Program-made: the position numbers and the translations under genes
Part shown: in pieces, positions 28,579 through 38,963 of the stretch
Layout: every line of letters starts with the position of its first letter
Numbering within the stretch: position 1 is the stretch's first letter
From: an uncultured Alphaproteobacteria bacterium
Lineage (GTDB): Bacteria > Pseudomonadota > Alphaproteobacteria > HIMB59 > GCA-002718135
NCBI GenBank assembly: GCA_902628835.1
Contig: CACOPD010000001.1
Span: forward strand, 297,347 to 361,346
DNA: 64,000 nucleotides
Direction of reading: 5' to 3'
The notes under the pieces: generated by a model
Databases searched by the model: none
The model's input: only the letters and a program-made list of their open reading frames with translations
Told to the model about the DNA's origin: nothing

Positions 28579-30405
28579 ATGAAAATACTCACATTGATCT
28601 TTACGTTTACTCTAATTTTACAATTAAAAGCACAAGCAAATACTAATATTTCACATGCAATTGCAATGCATGGTGAGCCAAAATACTCAAAAGATTTTGA
28701 AAATGTTGAATACATTAATCGAAATTCAATAAAGGGTGGATCAATAGTAAGAAGTGCCATTGGAACCTACGACAGTTTTAATCCGTTTATTTTAAAAGGT
28801 ACCTCAGCAGCTGGAATTGGAGGATTGTATGAAACATTGACAACAGGATCAAGTGATGAAGCATTTACGGAATACGGATTATTGGCAGAAACGATTGAGT
28901 GGCCAGATGATAGATCTTGGGTTTCATTTACATTAAGAAAAGAAGCGTATTGGCACGATGGGAAAAAAATTACAGCTGACGATGTTGTTTGGACATTTAA
29001 TACCCTAATGGAAAAAGGCCACCCATTTTATAAATACTACTATGGAGATGTTAAAGAAGTAATTAAGGAACAAGAAAATAAAGTGAGATTTAATTTTACA
29101 ACAAATACAAATAAAGAGTTGGTTTTAATTGTTGGTCAATTACCAGTCCTGCCAAAACATTATTGGGAAAATAAAAATTTTGAAGAAACATCTTTAGAAA
29201 TACCAATTGGAAGTGGCCCATATAAAATAAAATCATTTGATAGTGGAAGATCAATTACTTACGAATTAGATCAAAATTATTGGGGTTTTAGTGCATCAAT
29301 ACCAATTAAAATTGGAAAAGATAACTTCGGCACTATTAGATATGATTATTACAAAGACAGAGGTATTGAAAGAGAAGCTTTTAAATCTGGTGAAATTGAT
29401 TTCTTTTCTGAAAATTCGTCAAAAGAATGGGCAACAGCATATGATATAAATGCTGTGAATGAAGGTTTAATAAAAAAAGAATTAATAAGTCATGAAAATC
29501 CTCAAGGTATGCAAGGTTTTGCATTTAATATAAGAAAAGATAAATTTAAAGATAGAAGAGTAAGAAAAGCTCTTTCTTATGCTTTTGACTTTGAATGGTC
29601 TAATAAAAATTTATTCTTTGATGCATATAAAAGAACAGATAGCTTTTTTGAAAATTCAGAACTTGCCTCCTCTGGTCTTCCTTCAAAAGAAGAATTAAAT
29701 TATTTAAATCCATATTTTGATGTACTGCCAAAAGAAATATTTACAGAAGAATATACAAATCCAGTCACAGATGGTTCAGGTTATATGAGGATGCAATTGC
29801 AAGAAGCTTCAAAACTTTTAGAAGAATCTGGATGGGAATTAATTGATGGTAAACTTCTACATTCTAGTACAAAAGAACCTTTTGAATTTGAAATCTTATT
29901 ACGATCACCAGCTTTTGAGAGAATAGTTTTTCCATTTAAAGATAATCTTGAAAAATTAGGAATAATTGCTGAGGTAAGGACAATCGATAGTGCTCAATAT
30001 CAAAAAAGAATGGAAACTTTTGATTTTGATATGGTTGTGCAAACATTTGGACAATCATTATCACCAGGTAATGAGCAAAGGAATTTTTGGGGTTCTGATG
30101 CTGCAGACACTGATGGCTCTAGAAATGTTGTTGGTATTAAAAATTATGCTGTAGATGGATTAATTGAAAGTCTAATTAATGCTAGTGATAGAGAAGAATT
30201 AATTACAATAACCAAAGCTCTTGATCGTGTTCTTCTATGGAATTACTATGTTATTCCTCAATGGCATATTTCATCATATAGAGTTTTATATTGGGATTTT
30301 TTTGATCAACCAAAAATAAAACCGAAATATTCTTTAGGCTTTGATACATGGTGGATTAATCAGAATAAATTTGAAACAATCCAATCAAATAGAACATCAA
30401 ACTAA
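28579..30405 (+). CDS. yejA: ABC transporter substrate-binding protein, family 5 (YejA-like)
   Basis: 608 aa with a signal peptide (MKILTLIFTFTLILQLKAQA). Its size and its position before two permeases and a fused double ATPase reproduce the YejABEF architecture. Confidence 0.8.
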   Translation: MKILTLIFTFTLILQLKAQANTNISHAIAMHGEPKYSKDFENVEYINRNSIKGGSIVRSAIGTYDSFNPFILKGTSAAGIGGLYETLTTGSSDEAFTEYGLLAETIEWPDDRSWVSFTLRKEAYWHDGKKITADDVVWTFNTLMEKGHPFYKYYYGDVKEVIKEQENKVRFNFTTNTNKELVLIVGQLPVLPKHYWENKNFEETSLEIPIGSGPYKIKSFDSGRSITYELDQNYWGFSASIPIKIGKDNFGTIRYDYYKDRGIEREAFKSGEIDFFSENSSKEWATAYDINAVNEGLIKKELISHENPQGMQGFAFNIRKDKFKDRRVRKALSYAFDFEWSNKNLFFDAYKRTDSFFENSELASSGLPSKEELNYLNPYFDVLPKEIFTEEYTNPVTDGSGYMRMQLQEASKLLEESGWELIDGKLLHSSTKEPFEFEILLRSPAFERIVFPFKDNLEKLGIIAEVRTIDSAQYQKRMETFDFDMVVQTFGQSLSPGNEQRNFWGSDAADTDGSRNVVGIKNYAVDGLIESLINASDREELITITKALDRVLLWNYYVIPQWHISSYRVLYWDFFDQPKIKPKYSLGFDTWWINQNKFETIQSNRTSN

Positions 30406-30444
30406 TTATTAAAGTTTATTAGAAATAATATAAAATAGCACAAT

Positions 30445-31548
30445 ATGGGTGCGTACTTAATAAAAAGACTTCTTTTAATTATCCCAACTCTTTTTGGGAT
30501 AATGGTTATAAATTTTGCAGTAATTCAAATTGTTCCAGGTGGCCCGGTAGAACAAATGATTGCACAAATGACTGGTACAGCTGTTGAATCAACAGCTCGA
30601 TTTTCTGGCGGTGGCGAGGGTGAAACTTTAGAGTTTAATCGAGATAATTCTACATCAGTTAATGATAGTAAATATAGAGGAGCGCAAGGCCTCGATCCGG
30701 ATATTATAAAAGAAATAGAAAAGATGTATGGAATGGACAAACCAGCACATCAACGTTTTATAAAAATGTTAAAAGATTATTTAACCTTTGATTTTGGAGA
30801 AAGTTTTTTTAGAGATCAAAAAGTTACTTCTATTGTTTTAGATAAAATGCCAGTTTCAATATCACTTGGTTTATGGACAACTTTATTAGTATATTTAATA
30901 TCTATTCCTCTCGGTATAAGAAAAGCGATAAAGGATGGATCAAAGTTTGATATAGTATCGAGTTCAATAGTAACAATTGGTTATGCAATTCCAAATTTTT
31001 TATTTGCTGTAATACTAATAGTATTTTTTGCAGGTGGAAGATTTTATGATATTTTTCCTCTAAGAGGTTTGTTTTCTGAAAATTTTGATGAGTTAACGTT
31101 ATTTCAAAAAATAGTAGATTACTTCTGGCATTTAGCACTACCTTTAACTGCGATGCTGGTAAGCGGGTTTGCTGGCTTGACTTTTTTAACAAAAAATTCA
31201 TTTCTTGATCAAGTAAATCAACAATATGTAATTACAGCACGGTCTAAAGGTTTAACTGAAAGAAAGGTTCTTTATGGTCACGTGTTTAGAAATGCAATGT
31301 TAATAGTAATTGCTGGTTTTCCATCAGCATTTATTGGAATTCTTTTTTCAAGTTCTCTGTTTATTGAGGTTATTTTTTCTTTAGATGGTTTAGGTTTACT
31401 AGGATACGAAGCTGCTCTGACTAGAGATTATCCAGTTATATTTGCAACACTTTATTTTTTCTCATTACTCGGATTGGTTATGGGAATAATTGGCGATTTT
31501 ATGTACTCAATCATCGATCCACGTATAGATTTTGAATCAAGACAATGA
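30445..31548 (+). CDS. yejB: ABC transporter permease (YejB-like)
   Basis: 367-aa polytopic protein of the peptide/opine/nickel permease type. Second gene of the operon. Confidence 0.8.
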   Translation: MGAYLIKRLLLIIPTLFGIMVINFAVIQIVPGGPVEQMIAQMTGTAVESTARFSGGGEGETLEFNRDNSTSVNDSKYRGAQGLDPDIIKEIEKMYGMDKPAHQRFIKMLKDYLTFDFGESFFRDQKVTSIVLDKMPVSISLGLWTTLLVYLISIPLGIRKAIKDGSKFDIVSSSIVTIGYAIPNFLFAVILIVFFAGGRFYDIFPLRGLFSENFDELTLFQKIVDYFWHLALPLTAMLVSGFAGLTFLTKNSFLDQVNQQYVITARSKGLTERKVLYGHVFRNAMLIVIAGFPSAFIGILFSSSLFIEVIFSLDGLGLLGYEAALTRDYPVIFATLYFFSLLGLVMGIIGDFMYSIIDPRIDFESRQ

Positions 31549-32573
31549 AGAAATTATCAAAATTAAATCAAAGAAGACTGAATAATTTTAAGATCAATAA
31601 AAGAGGTTATTACTCTTTTTGGATATTCAGTTTTTTGTTTATTATTTCTTTATTTGCTAATTTTATTGCAAATGAAAAACCCTTATTAGTAAAATATAAC
31701 TCAAACTTTTATTATCCAATATTTTCTTTCTATTCAGAAACAACATTTGGAGGAGATTTTGAAACAGAGGCAGATTATAAAGATCCATATGTTAAAAACT
31801 TAATTGAGGAAAATGGTTGGATGATTATGCCTATAATTCCATATTCATATAATACTATAATAAGAGATTTATCCGCTCCAGCTCCATCACCACCTTCGAA
31901 TAAAAATTGGCTTGGTACTGATGATCAAGCAAGAGATGTACTATCAAGATTAATTTATGGTTTCCGAATATCCGTATTATTTGGATTTACTTTAACATTT
32001 TTTTCGATGATTATAGGAGTATCTGCAGGAGCAATACAGGGTTATTTTGGTGGAAAAACTGATTTATTCTTCCAAAGATTCATGGAAGTTTGGTCAGCCG
32101 TTCCAACTTTGTATGTCTTAATAATTTTGGCTAGTGTAATTCAACCAAATTTTTGGTGGCTTTTAATTATTTTATTACTTTTTAGTTGGATGGGTTATGT
32201 TGGTGTAGTTCGTGCAGAATTTTTAAGAGCAAGGAATTTTGACTATATAAGAGCTGCAAAAGCACTAGGTGTTTCGAACATAAGAATAATACTTAGGCAC
32301 ATGTTACCTAATGCTACTATTGCTACTGTTACTTTTCTTCCATTCAGTTTAAGTGCTTCTGTAACTGCATTATCGGGTCTTGATTTTTTAGGTTTTGGCT
32401 TACCGCCAGGATCAGCATCATTAGGAGAAATGGTAAATCAAGGAAGGAATAATTTACAAGCTCCATGGCTTGGAATTACAAGTTTTTTAACCTTAGGTTT
32501 AATGTTAGGTCTTTTAGTTTTTGTAGGTGAAGCAATTAGAGACTCTTTAGATCCCAGAAAGACTTTTAATTAA
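31545..32573 (+). CDS. yejE: ABC transporter permease (YejE-like)
   Basis: 342-aa polytopic permease. Overlaps the yejB stop by 4 nt. Confidence 0.8.
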   Translation: MKKLSKLNQRRLNNFKINKRGYYSFWIFSFLFIISLFANFIANEKPLLVKYNSNFYYPIFSFYSETTFGGDFETEADYKDPYVKNLIEENGWMIMPIIPYSYNTIIRDLSAPAPSPPSNKNWLGTDDQARDVLSRLIYGFRISVLFGFTLTFFSMIIGVSAGAIQGYFGGKTDLFFQRFMEVWSAVPTLYVLIILASVIQPNFWWLLIILLLFSWMGYVGVVRAEFLRARNFDYIRAAKALGVSNIRIILRHMLPNATIATVTFLPFSLSASVTALSGLDFLGFGLPPGSASLGEMVNQGRNNLQAPWLGITSFLTLGLMLGLLVFVGEAIRDSLDPRKTFN

Positions 32574-32574
32574 A

Positions 32575-34152
32575 ATGGATAAAATAGTTTCAATACAAAA
32601 TCTTACAATTGAATTTAATAGAAATATTGAGGTAGTAAAGAATATAAATCTAGATGTTATAAAAGGAAAAACTACCGCTATTGTTGGTGAGTCAGGTTCA
32701 GGCAAAACTTTATCTGCACTAAGTATCTTAAAGCTACTACCTAATGGTGCTGATATTAAGAATGGTAATATATTTTTTAATAATGTTAATTTATTGAAAT
32801 TAAATGAAAGTGAAATACAAAAAATAAGAGGAAATAAAATTTCTACAATTTTTCAAGAACCCATGACAAGTTTAAATCCCTTGCACACAATTAACAAACA
32901 AATTGAGGAAATCATTACAACCCACAATGTAATTACCAAGAATGAAGCTAAGATAAAAACTATAAATTTATTAAAAGAAGTGGGTTTAGATAACATTGCA
33001 ACAAGGCCAAAAATATATCCTTATGAATTATCAGGTGGACAGAGACAAAGAGCTATGATCGCAATGAGTATTGCTAATAACCCAGAAGTTCTTATTGCTG
33101 ATGAGCCAACAACAGCATTAGATGTTACAATTCAACTACAAATTTTAGAACTGCTAAAAAATATACAATCAAGACTGGGTATGTCTCTAGTTTTTATAAG
33201 TCATGATTTATCAGTAGTAAAAAAATTATCAGATTATATTTATGTAATGAAAAATGGTAAAATTGTAGAATTTGGTACAAATGATGAAATATTTAATAAT
33301 CCAAAAAATGAGTATACAAGAGAATTAGTTTCTTATCAGAGTAATACTAAAGAGAGCAAAAATTTTGATTCAGATTCTATCTTAAAAGTTGAGAATTTAG
33401 ATGTATGGTACCCAATTAAAAAAGGTCTTCTAAAAAGAACAGTTGACTATGTAAAAGCAATTAAAAATGTCAGTTTTGATTTAAAAATTGGTGAAAGTAT
33501 TGGTATCGTTGGAGAGTCAGGTTCAGGAAAAACATCTCTTATTTTAGCAATATTAAATTTAATAGAATCAAAAGGAAAAATAAAAATAAATAAAAAAGAT
33601 CTTAATCATTTAAATAAAAAGGAAATTCTAAATTTAAGAAAGGAAATACAGATAGTCTTTCAAGATCCATTTTCATCATTAAGTCCAAGAATGAATATAG
33701 AGGATATTATTTCTGAAGGTTTGTTAATTCATTATCCAAGTATAAGTAAAAAGGAAAAAGAAGAAAAAATAAAAAATATATTAGATAAAGTTGGATTGGA
33801 GTATAAAAATACAATTGAAAAATACCCTCATGAATTTTCAGGAGGTCAACGTCAAAGAATTGCAATTGCAAGAGCTCTAATTTTAGAACCAAAAATTTTA
33901 ATATTAGATGAACCTACTTCAGCTTTAGATGTAACAATACAAAATCAAATAATAAATCTTTTAAATAAACTACAAAAACAACTTAAGCTTAGCTACATAT
34001 TTATTAGTCATGATATGACAGTTATCAAAGCAATATCGGACAGAATAATTGTATTAAAAGATGGTTTAATAGTAGAAGAAAATATTAGTAGTAATTTATT
34101 TAATACTCCTAAATCAGAGTATACTAAAAAACTTATTTCTTCTGTTATATAG
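32575..34152 (+). CDS. yejF: ABC transporter ATP-binding protein, duplicated ATPase (YejF-like)
   Basis: Two Walker A sites (GESGSGKT twice) and two signatures (LSGGQRQR, FSGGQRQR) in one 525-aa chain. Confidence 0.85.
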   Translation: MDKIVSIQNLTIEFNRNIEVVKNINLDVIKGKTTAIVGESGSGKTLSALSILKLLPNGADIKNGNIFFNNVNLLKLNESEIQKIRGNKISTIFQEPMTSLNPLHTINKQIEEIITTHNVITKNEAKIKTINLLKEVGLDNIATRPKIYPYELSGGQRQRAMIAMSIANNPEVLIADEPTTALDVTIQLQILELLKNIQSRLGMSLVFISHDLSVVKKLSDYIYVMKNGKIVEFGTNDEIFNNPKNEYTRELVSYQSNTKESKNFDSDSILKVENLDVWYPIKKGLLKRTVDYVKAIKNVSFDLKIGESIGIVGESGSGKTSLILAILNLIESKGKIKINKKDLNHLNKKEILNLRKEIQIVFQDPFSSLSPRMNIEDIISEGLLIHYPSISKKEKEEKIKNILDKVGLEYKNTIEKYPHEFSGGQRQRIAIARALILEPKILILDEPTSALDVTIQNQIINLLNKLQKQLKLSYIFISHDMTVIKAISDRIIVLKDGLIVEENISSNLFNTPKSEYTKKLISSVI

Positions 34153-36132
34153 ATGAATCCAATAGAGCCATCAGAAAATAAAATAAAAGAATTAATATCA
34201 TTATTTGATAAAAAAAAATTTGATCAACTTTTGAAATTATCAAATGAACTAATAGATGAATTTCCTAACTCTATTCTTATTCAAAATATAAAAGGCGTAG
34301 TATACACAGAACTTAAAAATTATAAATTAGCAAAAAATTTATTTATCAAAGTAGTTAATCTAAGCCCAAATTATACTGATGGTCATTATAACTTAGCTAA
34401 TGTTTACAACAAATTAGATGAAAAAGAGAAAGCAATAGAAAGTTATAATAAGGTTATAGAACTAGACATTAATTATTTTAAAGCTCATAATAATCTAGGA
34501 AATATATACAGAAAGAAAGGTTTAAATAAGAGGGCTATTGAATGTTATTTATCAACTTTAGAAATCAATTCAAATTATAAAGTAGCATATTACAACTTAG
34601 CAGGGGTACTTCAGTTTTACATATTAGATGAAGAGAATAAAAATATTAATAAATATCTTTTACATCTTTTAAAAGAAAAAATTATTGTTAGACCAAATTC
34701 TATTGCTCCTAATATTTTAAATGGTTTATTTTTAAATACAGATCTGAAGAATAACTTATCTTTAATTAAGGATAAAATAACAAATAAAGATTTTAATTAT
34801 GTTTTAGAAAATTTACAGAAGAACTCTCTTCTAATGCAATTTATGAAAGTTTGTCCTATTCCTGATTATTATATTGAAAAAAATTTTGTTAAGATAAGAA
34901 AAGAAATTTTAAACCAAACATACAAATTAAATATTGATAAAAATCATATTAATTTTTTGATTTCTTTATCTATCCAATGTTTTCTTAATGAATACATATA
35001 TACCCAATCAAAAGATGAGATAGAAAAAATAAAAGAGATCGATGAAAGAATTAAAAACAATTTAAAAGAAAATAAAAAAGTCAGTGATTTAGAAATATTG
35101 TGTTTATTATGTTATGAACCTTTAACTAATTTTAGTTGGGCAAATGAAATTAAATTTTCCAATAAATTAAAAGAAATTTTTGAATTACATTTAAATCAAA
35201 ATGAAATTGAAAATAAGATATCTAAAAGAATAAAGTCTATATCAAAAGTAGAAGATCGAGTTTCTATTAAAGTAAAAAAACAATATGAGGAAAACCCCTA
35301 TCCGAGATGGGAAAATCTTGGGTTAAGTATTGAGCCTAGAAATATTAAAGACGTAATAAGAGATAGTGGTTTGAATATAGATTTAAAAAAAATAACAAAC
35401 TCTGAGAGTCCTGAAATTTTAATTGCAGGTTGTGGCACTGGTCAACATGCTATAACTACTGCTTCAAAATATAAAAAATCTAAAATACTTGCTCTAGATT
35501 TAAGTTTTAAAAGTTTATCTTACGCAAAGAGAAAAGCAGATGAGCTTGATATTAATAATATTGATTTTATTCAGGGAGATATATTAGATTTAGAATCAAT
35601 AGACAGAAAATTTGATATAATTGAGTCAGTCGGTGTTCTTCATCATATGGATAATCCTTTAAAAGGGTGGAAAATTTTAACGTCATGTTTAAATAATGAT
35701 TCTCTAATGCTAATTGGATTGTATAGTGAAAAAGCTAGACAGCATATAATACAAATTAAAAATAAAATTAACAAACTTAAACTTCATTCTAATTATGAAA
35801 ACATCATTAAATTTAGAAAAGAATTAATTGAAAATAAAAATGATCAATGGAGTTTTATTAAATCGAGTCCAGATTTCTATACAGTAAGTGGAGTAAGAGA
35901 TTTATTATTTCATACTCAAGAACACAGATTTACAATAAGTAAAATAAAAGAGAATTTAGATAAATTAGGATTAATCTTTCTAGGATTTGAAGATCAATTA
36001 GTCAAAGAAAACTTCAAATATAATTATACTAGTAAAGATGATTTATATAATCTTGACAAGTGGGAGGAATATGAAAAATCTAATCCAAGAATCTTTGCAG
36101 GTATGTATCAGTTTTGGTGTAAAAAAAATTGA
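34153..36132 (+). CDS. TPR-repeat protein fused to a class I SAM-dependent methyltransferase, function unknown
   Basis: N-terminal TPR units (e.g. GHYNLANVYNKLDEKEKAIESYNKVIELDINY, AHNNLGNIYRKKGLNKRAIECYLSTLEINSNY). A central region of about 240 aa has no motif I recognise, followed by YEENPYPRW. C-terminal methyltransferase motif I ILIAGCGTGQH and DIIESVGVLHH. The ATG directly abuts the yejF stop. Confidence 0.75.
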   Translation: MNPIEPSENKIKELISLFDKKKFDQLLKLSNELIDEFPNSILIQNIKGVVYTELKNYKLAKNLFIKVVNLSPNYTDGHYNLANVYNKLDEKEKAIESYNKVIELDINYFKAHNNLGNIYRKKGLNKRAIECYLSTLEINSNYKVAYYNLAGVLQFYILDEENKNINKYLLHLLKEKIIVRPNSIAPNILNGLFLNTDLKNNLSLIKDKITNKDFNYVLENLQKNSLLMQFMKVCPIPDYYIEKNFVKIRKEILNQTYKLNIDKNHINFLISLSIQCFLNEYIYTQSKDEIEKIKEIDERIKNNLKENKKVSDLEILCLLCYEPLTNFSWANEIKFSNKLKEIFELHLNQNEIENKISKRIKSISKVEDRVSIKVKKQYEENPYPRWENLGLSIEPRNIKDVIRDSGLNIDLKKITNSESPEILIAGCGTGQHAITTASKYKKSKILALDLSFKSLSYAKRKADELDINNIDFIQGDILDLESIDRKFDIIESVGVLHHMDNPLKGWKILTSCLNNDSLMLIGLYSEKARQHIIQIKNKINKLKLHSNYENIIKFRKELIENKNDQWSFIKSSPDFYTVSGVRDLLFHTQEHRFTISKIKENLDKLGLIFLGFEDQLVKENFKYNYTSKDDLYNLDKWEEYEKSNPRIFAGMYQFWCKKN

Positions 36133-36295
36133 TTTAATAATTAAAAAAATTAATAAAAAAATACTTAAGATTAATATTAAAGGAGAAAAAATTCTTCTTA
36201 AATACTTCATTATGATTTATATTTTTTTAACTTATATTAAATTAATCCATTTAATTGAAGTGGAATATAACTAGTAATTTATAATTTTTAATTAA

Positions 36296-36385
36296 TGGCG
36301 GAGAGAGAGGGATTCGAACCCTCGGTAGTATTGCTACTACACACGCTTTCCAAGCGTGCTGATTAAACCACTCTCACATCTCTCC
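36296..36385 (-). tRNA. tRNA-Ser (anticodon GGA), CCA encoded
   Basis: The reverse complement GGAGAGATGTGAGAGTGGTTTAATCAGCACGCTTGGAAAGCGTGTGTAGTAGCAATACTACCGAGGGTTCGAATCCCTCTCTCTCCGCCA folds as a class II cloverleaf. It has a 7-bp acceptor stem, anticodon stem CACGC/GCGTG with loop TTGGAAA, a long variable arm GTAGTA-GCAA-TACTAC, T arm GAGGG-TTCGAAT-CCCTC, discriminator G and a terminal CCA. Confidence 0.95.
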
Positions 36386-36395
36386 TATAAATAGT

Positions 36396-37139
36396 TTATT
36401 TTAACTTACCATAAAAATAACTATTTTTTTCATTAGTTTTTTTCAAAAGAACATAATTTAAATCTTTTAAAAAATCTGAAACTTTTTTTAAGTTATTTTT
36501 TTGAATCTCTACTAAAATTAAGCAATTATTTAATTCTAAATTCTTTTTCATTCCTAATAGTACTTCATATTCGTGTCCTTCAGTATCACACTTTAAAAAA
36601 ATATACTTATTCTTATAGTTGTAGAGTTTGTCAAAAATTTTACTTTCAACAATTTGATCTCCTTCACTGCTTATTTCATAGACTGCAGATTGTTTTTTGT
36701 TATTTCTAAAAATACTTTTCATTTTTTTTTGCTCAGAAGTGTCTGATAAAGCATAATTATAATGTTCAACTCTATGTTGAAAATTATTTTTCTCTATATT
36801 CATTTTAAATTTTTCAAAAGTTTCTAAAATTGGTTCAAAGGCAATTACCATACTACAATTAACAAAATTTTTTAATATATTTAAGCTATATATTCCTGAA
36901 TTACATCCTATGTCTAAAAAAATAAATTTATTTCTAAAAAAACTACATTTATTGATGAAATTAAAATTATCTTTTTCAAATTCTTTTTTAAAGTAATACT
37001 CTCTATCTATTTTATCTTGGATATCTATTTTAAAATATATATTATTTATCTTTGTCCAAAAAATTCTTTTATTTATTAGAACTCTAATCCTTCTTCTAAT
37101 ACTTGGTATTAATCTTTTTAATACAGGAATTTTAAACAT
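36396..37139 (-). CDS. FkbM-family SAM-dependent methyltransferase
   Basis: Motif I LDIGCNSGIYS, FEP, and the family-typical LKCDTEGHEYEVLLG. 247 aa. Visibly more AT- and Asn/Lys-rich than the flanking lepA. Confidence 0.75.
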   Translation of the reverse strand: MFKIPVLKRLIPSIRRRIRVLINKRIFWTKINNIYFKIDIQDKIDREYYFKKEFEKDNFNFINKCSFFRNKFIFLDIGCNSGIYSLNILKNFVNCSMVIAFEPILETFEKFKMNIEKNNFQHRVEHYNYALSDTSEQKKMKSIFRNNKKQSAVYEISSEGDQIVESKIFDKLYNYKNKYIFLKCDTEGHEYEVLLGMKKNLELNNCLILVEIQKNNLKKVSDFLKDLNYVLLKKTNEKNSYFYGKLK

Positions 37140-37160
37140 AACAAATTTTTTGAAATTTTA

Positions 37161-38963
37161 TTAATTATCTTTCATTTTAAGAGCATTTAAAAAAGTATTT
37201 TGTGGAATATCAACTTTTCCAAACTGTCTCATTCTTTTTTTACCTTTTTTTTGCTTATCTAAAAGTTTGTTTTTCCTTGTTACATCACCTCCGTAAAGTT
37301 TTTGAGTTACATCTTTTCTAAAAGAAGCAACAGTTTCTCGAGCAATTACTTTACCACCTATTGCAGCTTGAATAGCAACTTTGAATTGTTGTCTTGGAAT
37401 TAAATCTTTTAATCTTTCACATAGAGCTCTACCTCTTTGCTCTGATCTATCTTTGTGAACAATTAAAGATAGAGCGTCAACTGGATCTCCATTAATAAGT
37501 ATACCTACCTTAACTAAATTATTGACCTCATAACCTGAAATTTCATAATCAAAACTTGCATAACCTTTGGTAATTGATTTTAATCTATCATAAAAATCAA
37601 AAACAACTTCATTAAGTGGAAGTTTGTACTCAACTAACGGTCTATTACCTGCATAACTCATATTTAGCTGAATACCTCTTTTAGAGGTGCATAACTCTAA
37701 CACAGAGCCTAAAAATTCTTCGGGTACTATTATTGTAGCTTTTATCCAAGGCTCAGAAATATTTTCAACTTTTACTGGATCAGGCATATCAGTAGGATTA
37801 TGAAGATTTATAGTCGATCCATCTTTCATTAATATTTTGTAAACTACAGATGGTGCAGTAGTTACAAGTTCTAAATTAAATTCTCTTTCGAACCGATCTC
37901 TAATAATTTCTAAATGCAATAATCCTAAAAACCCACAGCGAAAACCATAACCTAAGGCAGGACTTACTTCTGGTTCATAAGAAAAACTCGAGTCATTCAG
38001 AGCAAGTTTAGACATACTATCTCGCATATGTTCATAGTCATCTGAATCAACGGGAAACATTCCACAAAAAACTACAGGTTGGGATGGTTTAAAACCTGGG
38101 AGAACTTCTTCTGTTGGAAGTTTATCATCTGTTATTGTATCACCAACTTTACAATCGGAAACACTTTTAATTCCAGAATTTATAAAACCAATTTCACCTG
38201 GTCCAAGTGTATCAACTTCAGTTGCCTTAGGAGAAAATACCCCTACTCTATCAATTGTATATGTTGCACCTGTTGCCATAAATCTTATTTTCTGACCTTT
38301 TTTTAGCTCTCCATTTATAACTCTTACAAGTACCACAACACCAAGATAACTGTCATACCAACTATCAACTAACATACATTTCAATTCTTTACTTATTTCA
38401 CCTAATGGTGAAGGAAGAAGTGTTATGATTTTATTTAATAACTCTTCTATGCCCGCACCTGTTTTTGCTGAAACAAGAGAAGCATTGTCTGTTTCAATAC
38501 CAAGCACATCTTCAATTTGTGATTTTATTTTATCTGGCTCAGAAGAAGGAAGATCAATTTTATTAAGGACGGGCAAAATTTCATGATTATTATTAATCGC
38601 CTGATACGCATTAGCTAATGTTTGTGCCTCAACACCTTGTGTAGAATCTACTATTAACAAAGATCCTTCGCATGCTGCTAAAGATCTTGATACCTCATAT
38701 GAGAAATCAACATGACCTGGAGTGTCCATAATATTAAGTATGTAAGTCTTGCCATCATTTGATTTGTAAGAAAGTCTCACTGTTTGAGCCTTAATGGTAA
38801 TACCTCTCTCTCTTTCTAATTCCATTGAGTCTAAAACCTGCTCTTTCATTTCTCTATCAGTTAAACCTCCACAAAACTGTATTAGTCTATCTGCTAAAGT
38901 TGATTTTCCATGATCTATGTGAGCAACAATTGAGAAATTACGAATAGAACTAAGTTCTGTCAT
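37161..38963 (-). CDS. lepA: translation elongation factor 4 (LepA)
   Basis: 600 aa. G1 [24 protein letters not shown]. LepA-specific C-terminal domain. Confidence 0.95.
   Translation of the reverse strand: MTELSSIRNFSIVAHIDHGKSTLADRLIQFCGGLTDREMKEQVLDSMELERERGITIKAQTVRLSYKSNDGKTYILNIMDTPGHVDFSYEVSRSLAACEGSLLIVDSTQGVEAQTLANAYQAINNNHEILPVLNKIDLPSSEPDKIKSQIEDVLGIETDNASLVSAKTGAGIEELLNKIITLLPSPLGEISKELKCMLVDSWYDSYLGVVVLVRVINGELKKGQKIRFMATGATYTIDRVGVFSPKATEVDTLGPGEIGFINSGIKSVSDCKVGDTITDDKLPTEEVLPGFKPSQPVVFCGMFPVDSDDYEHMRDSMSKLALNDSSFSYEPEVSPALGYGFRCGFLGLLHLEIIRDRFEREFNLELVTTAPSVVYKILMKDGSTINLHNPTDMPDPVKVENISEPWIKATIIVPEEFLGSVLELCTSKRGIQLNMSYAGNRPLVEYKLPLNEVVFDFYDRLKSITKGYASFDYEISGYEVNNLVKVGILINGDPVDALSLIVHKDRSEQRGRALCERLKDLIPRQQFKVAIQAAIGGKVIARETVASFRKDVTQKLYGGDVTRKNKLLDKQKKGKKRMRQFGKVDIPQNTFLNALKMKDN

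Noticed and set aside
36038-36274. 78-aa ORF spanning the end of the TPR-methyltransferase gene and the following spacer.
   Set aside because: Its first third is an alternative frame of a confident gene, and the rest is low-complexity Ile/Lys/Leu sequence with no properly spaced start signal. It is kept only as a note within the spacer finding.
36133-37160. A genomic island integrated at tRNA-Ser. I looked for an integrase, and for a direct repeat of the tRNA 3' half, on both sides.
   Set aside because: There is no integrase or recombinase ORF, and I could see no copy of the tRNA 3' end by eye in the flanks. The accessory look of the neighbouring methyltransferase genes is reported only as a weak observation.
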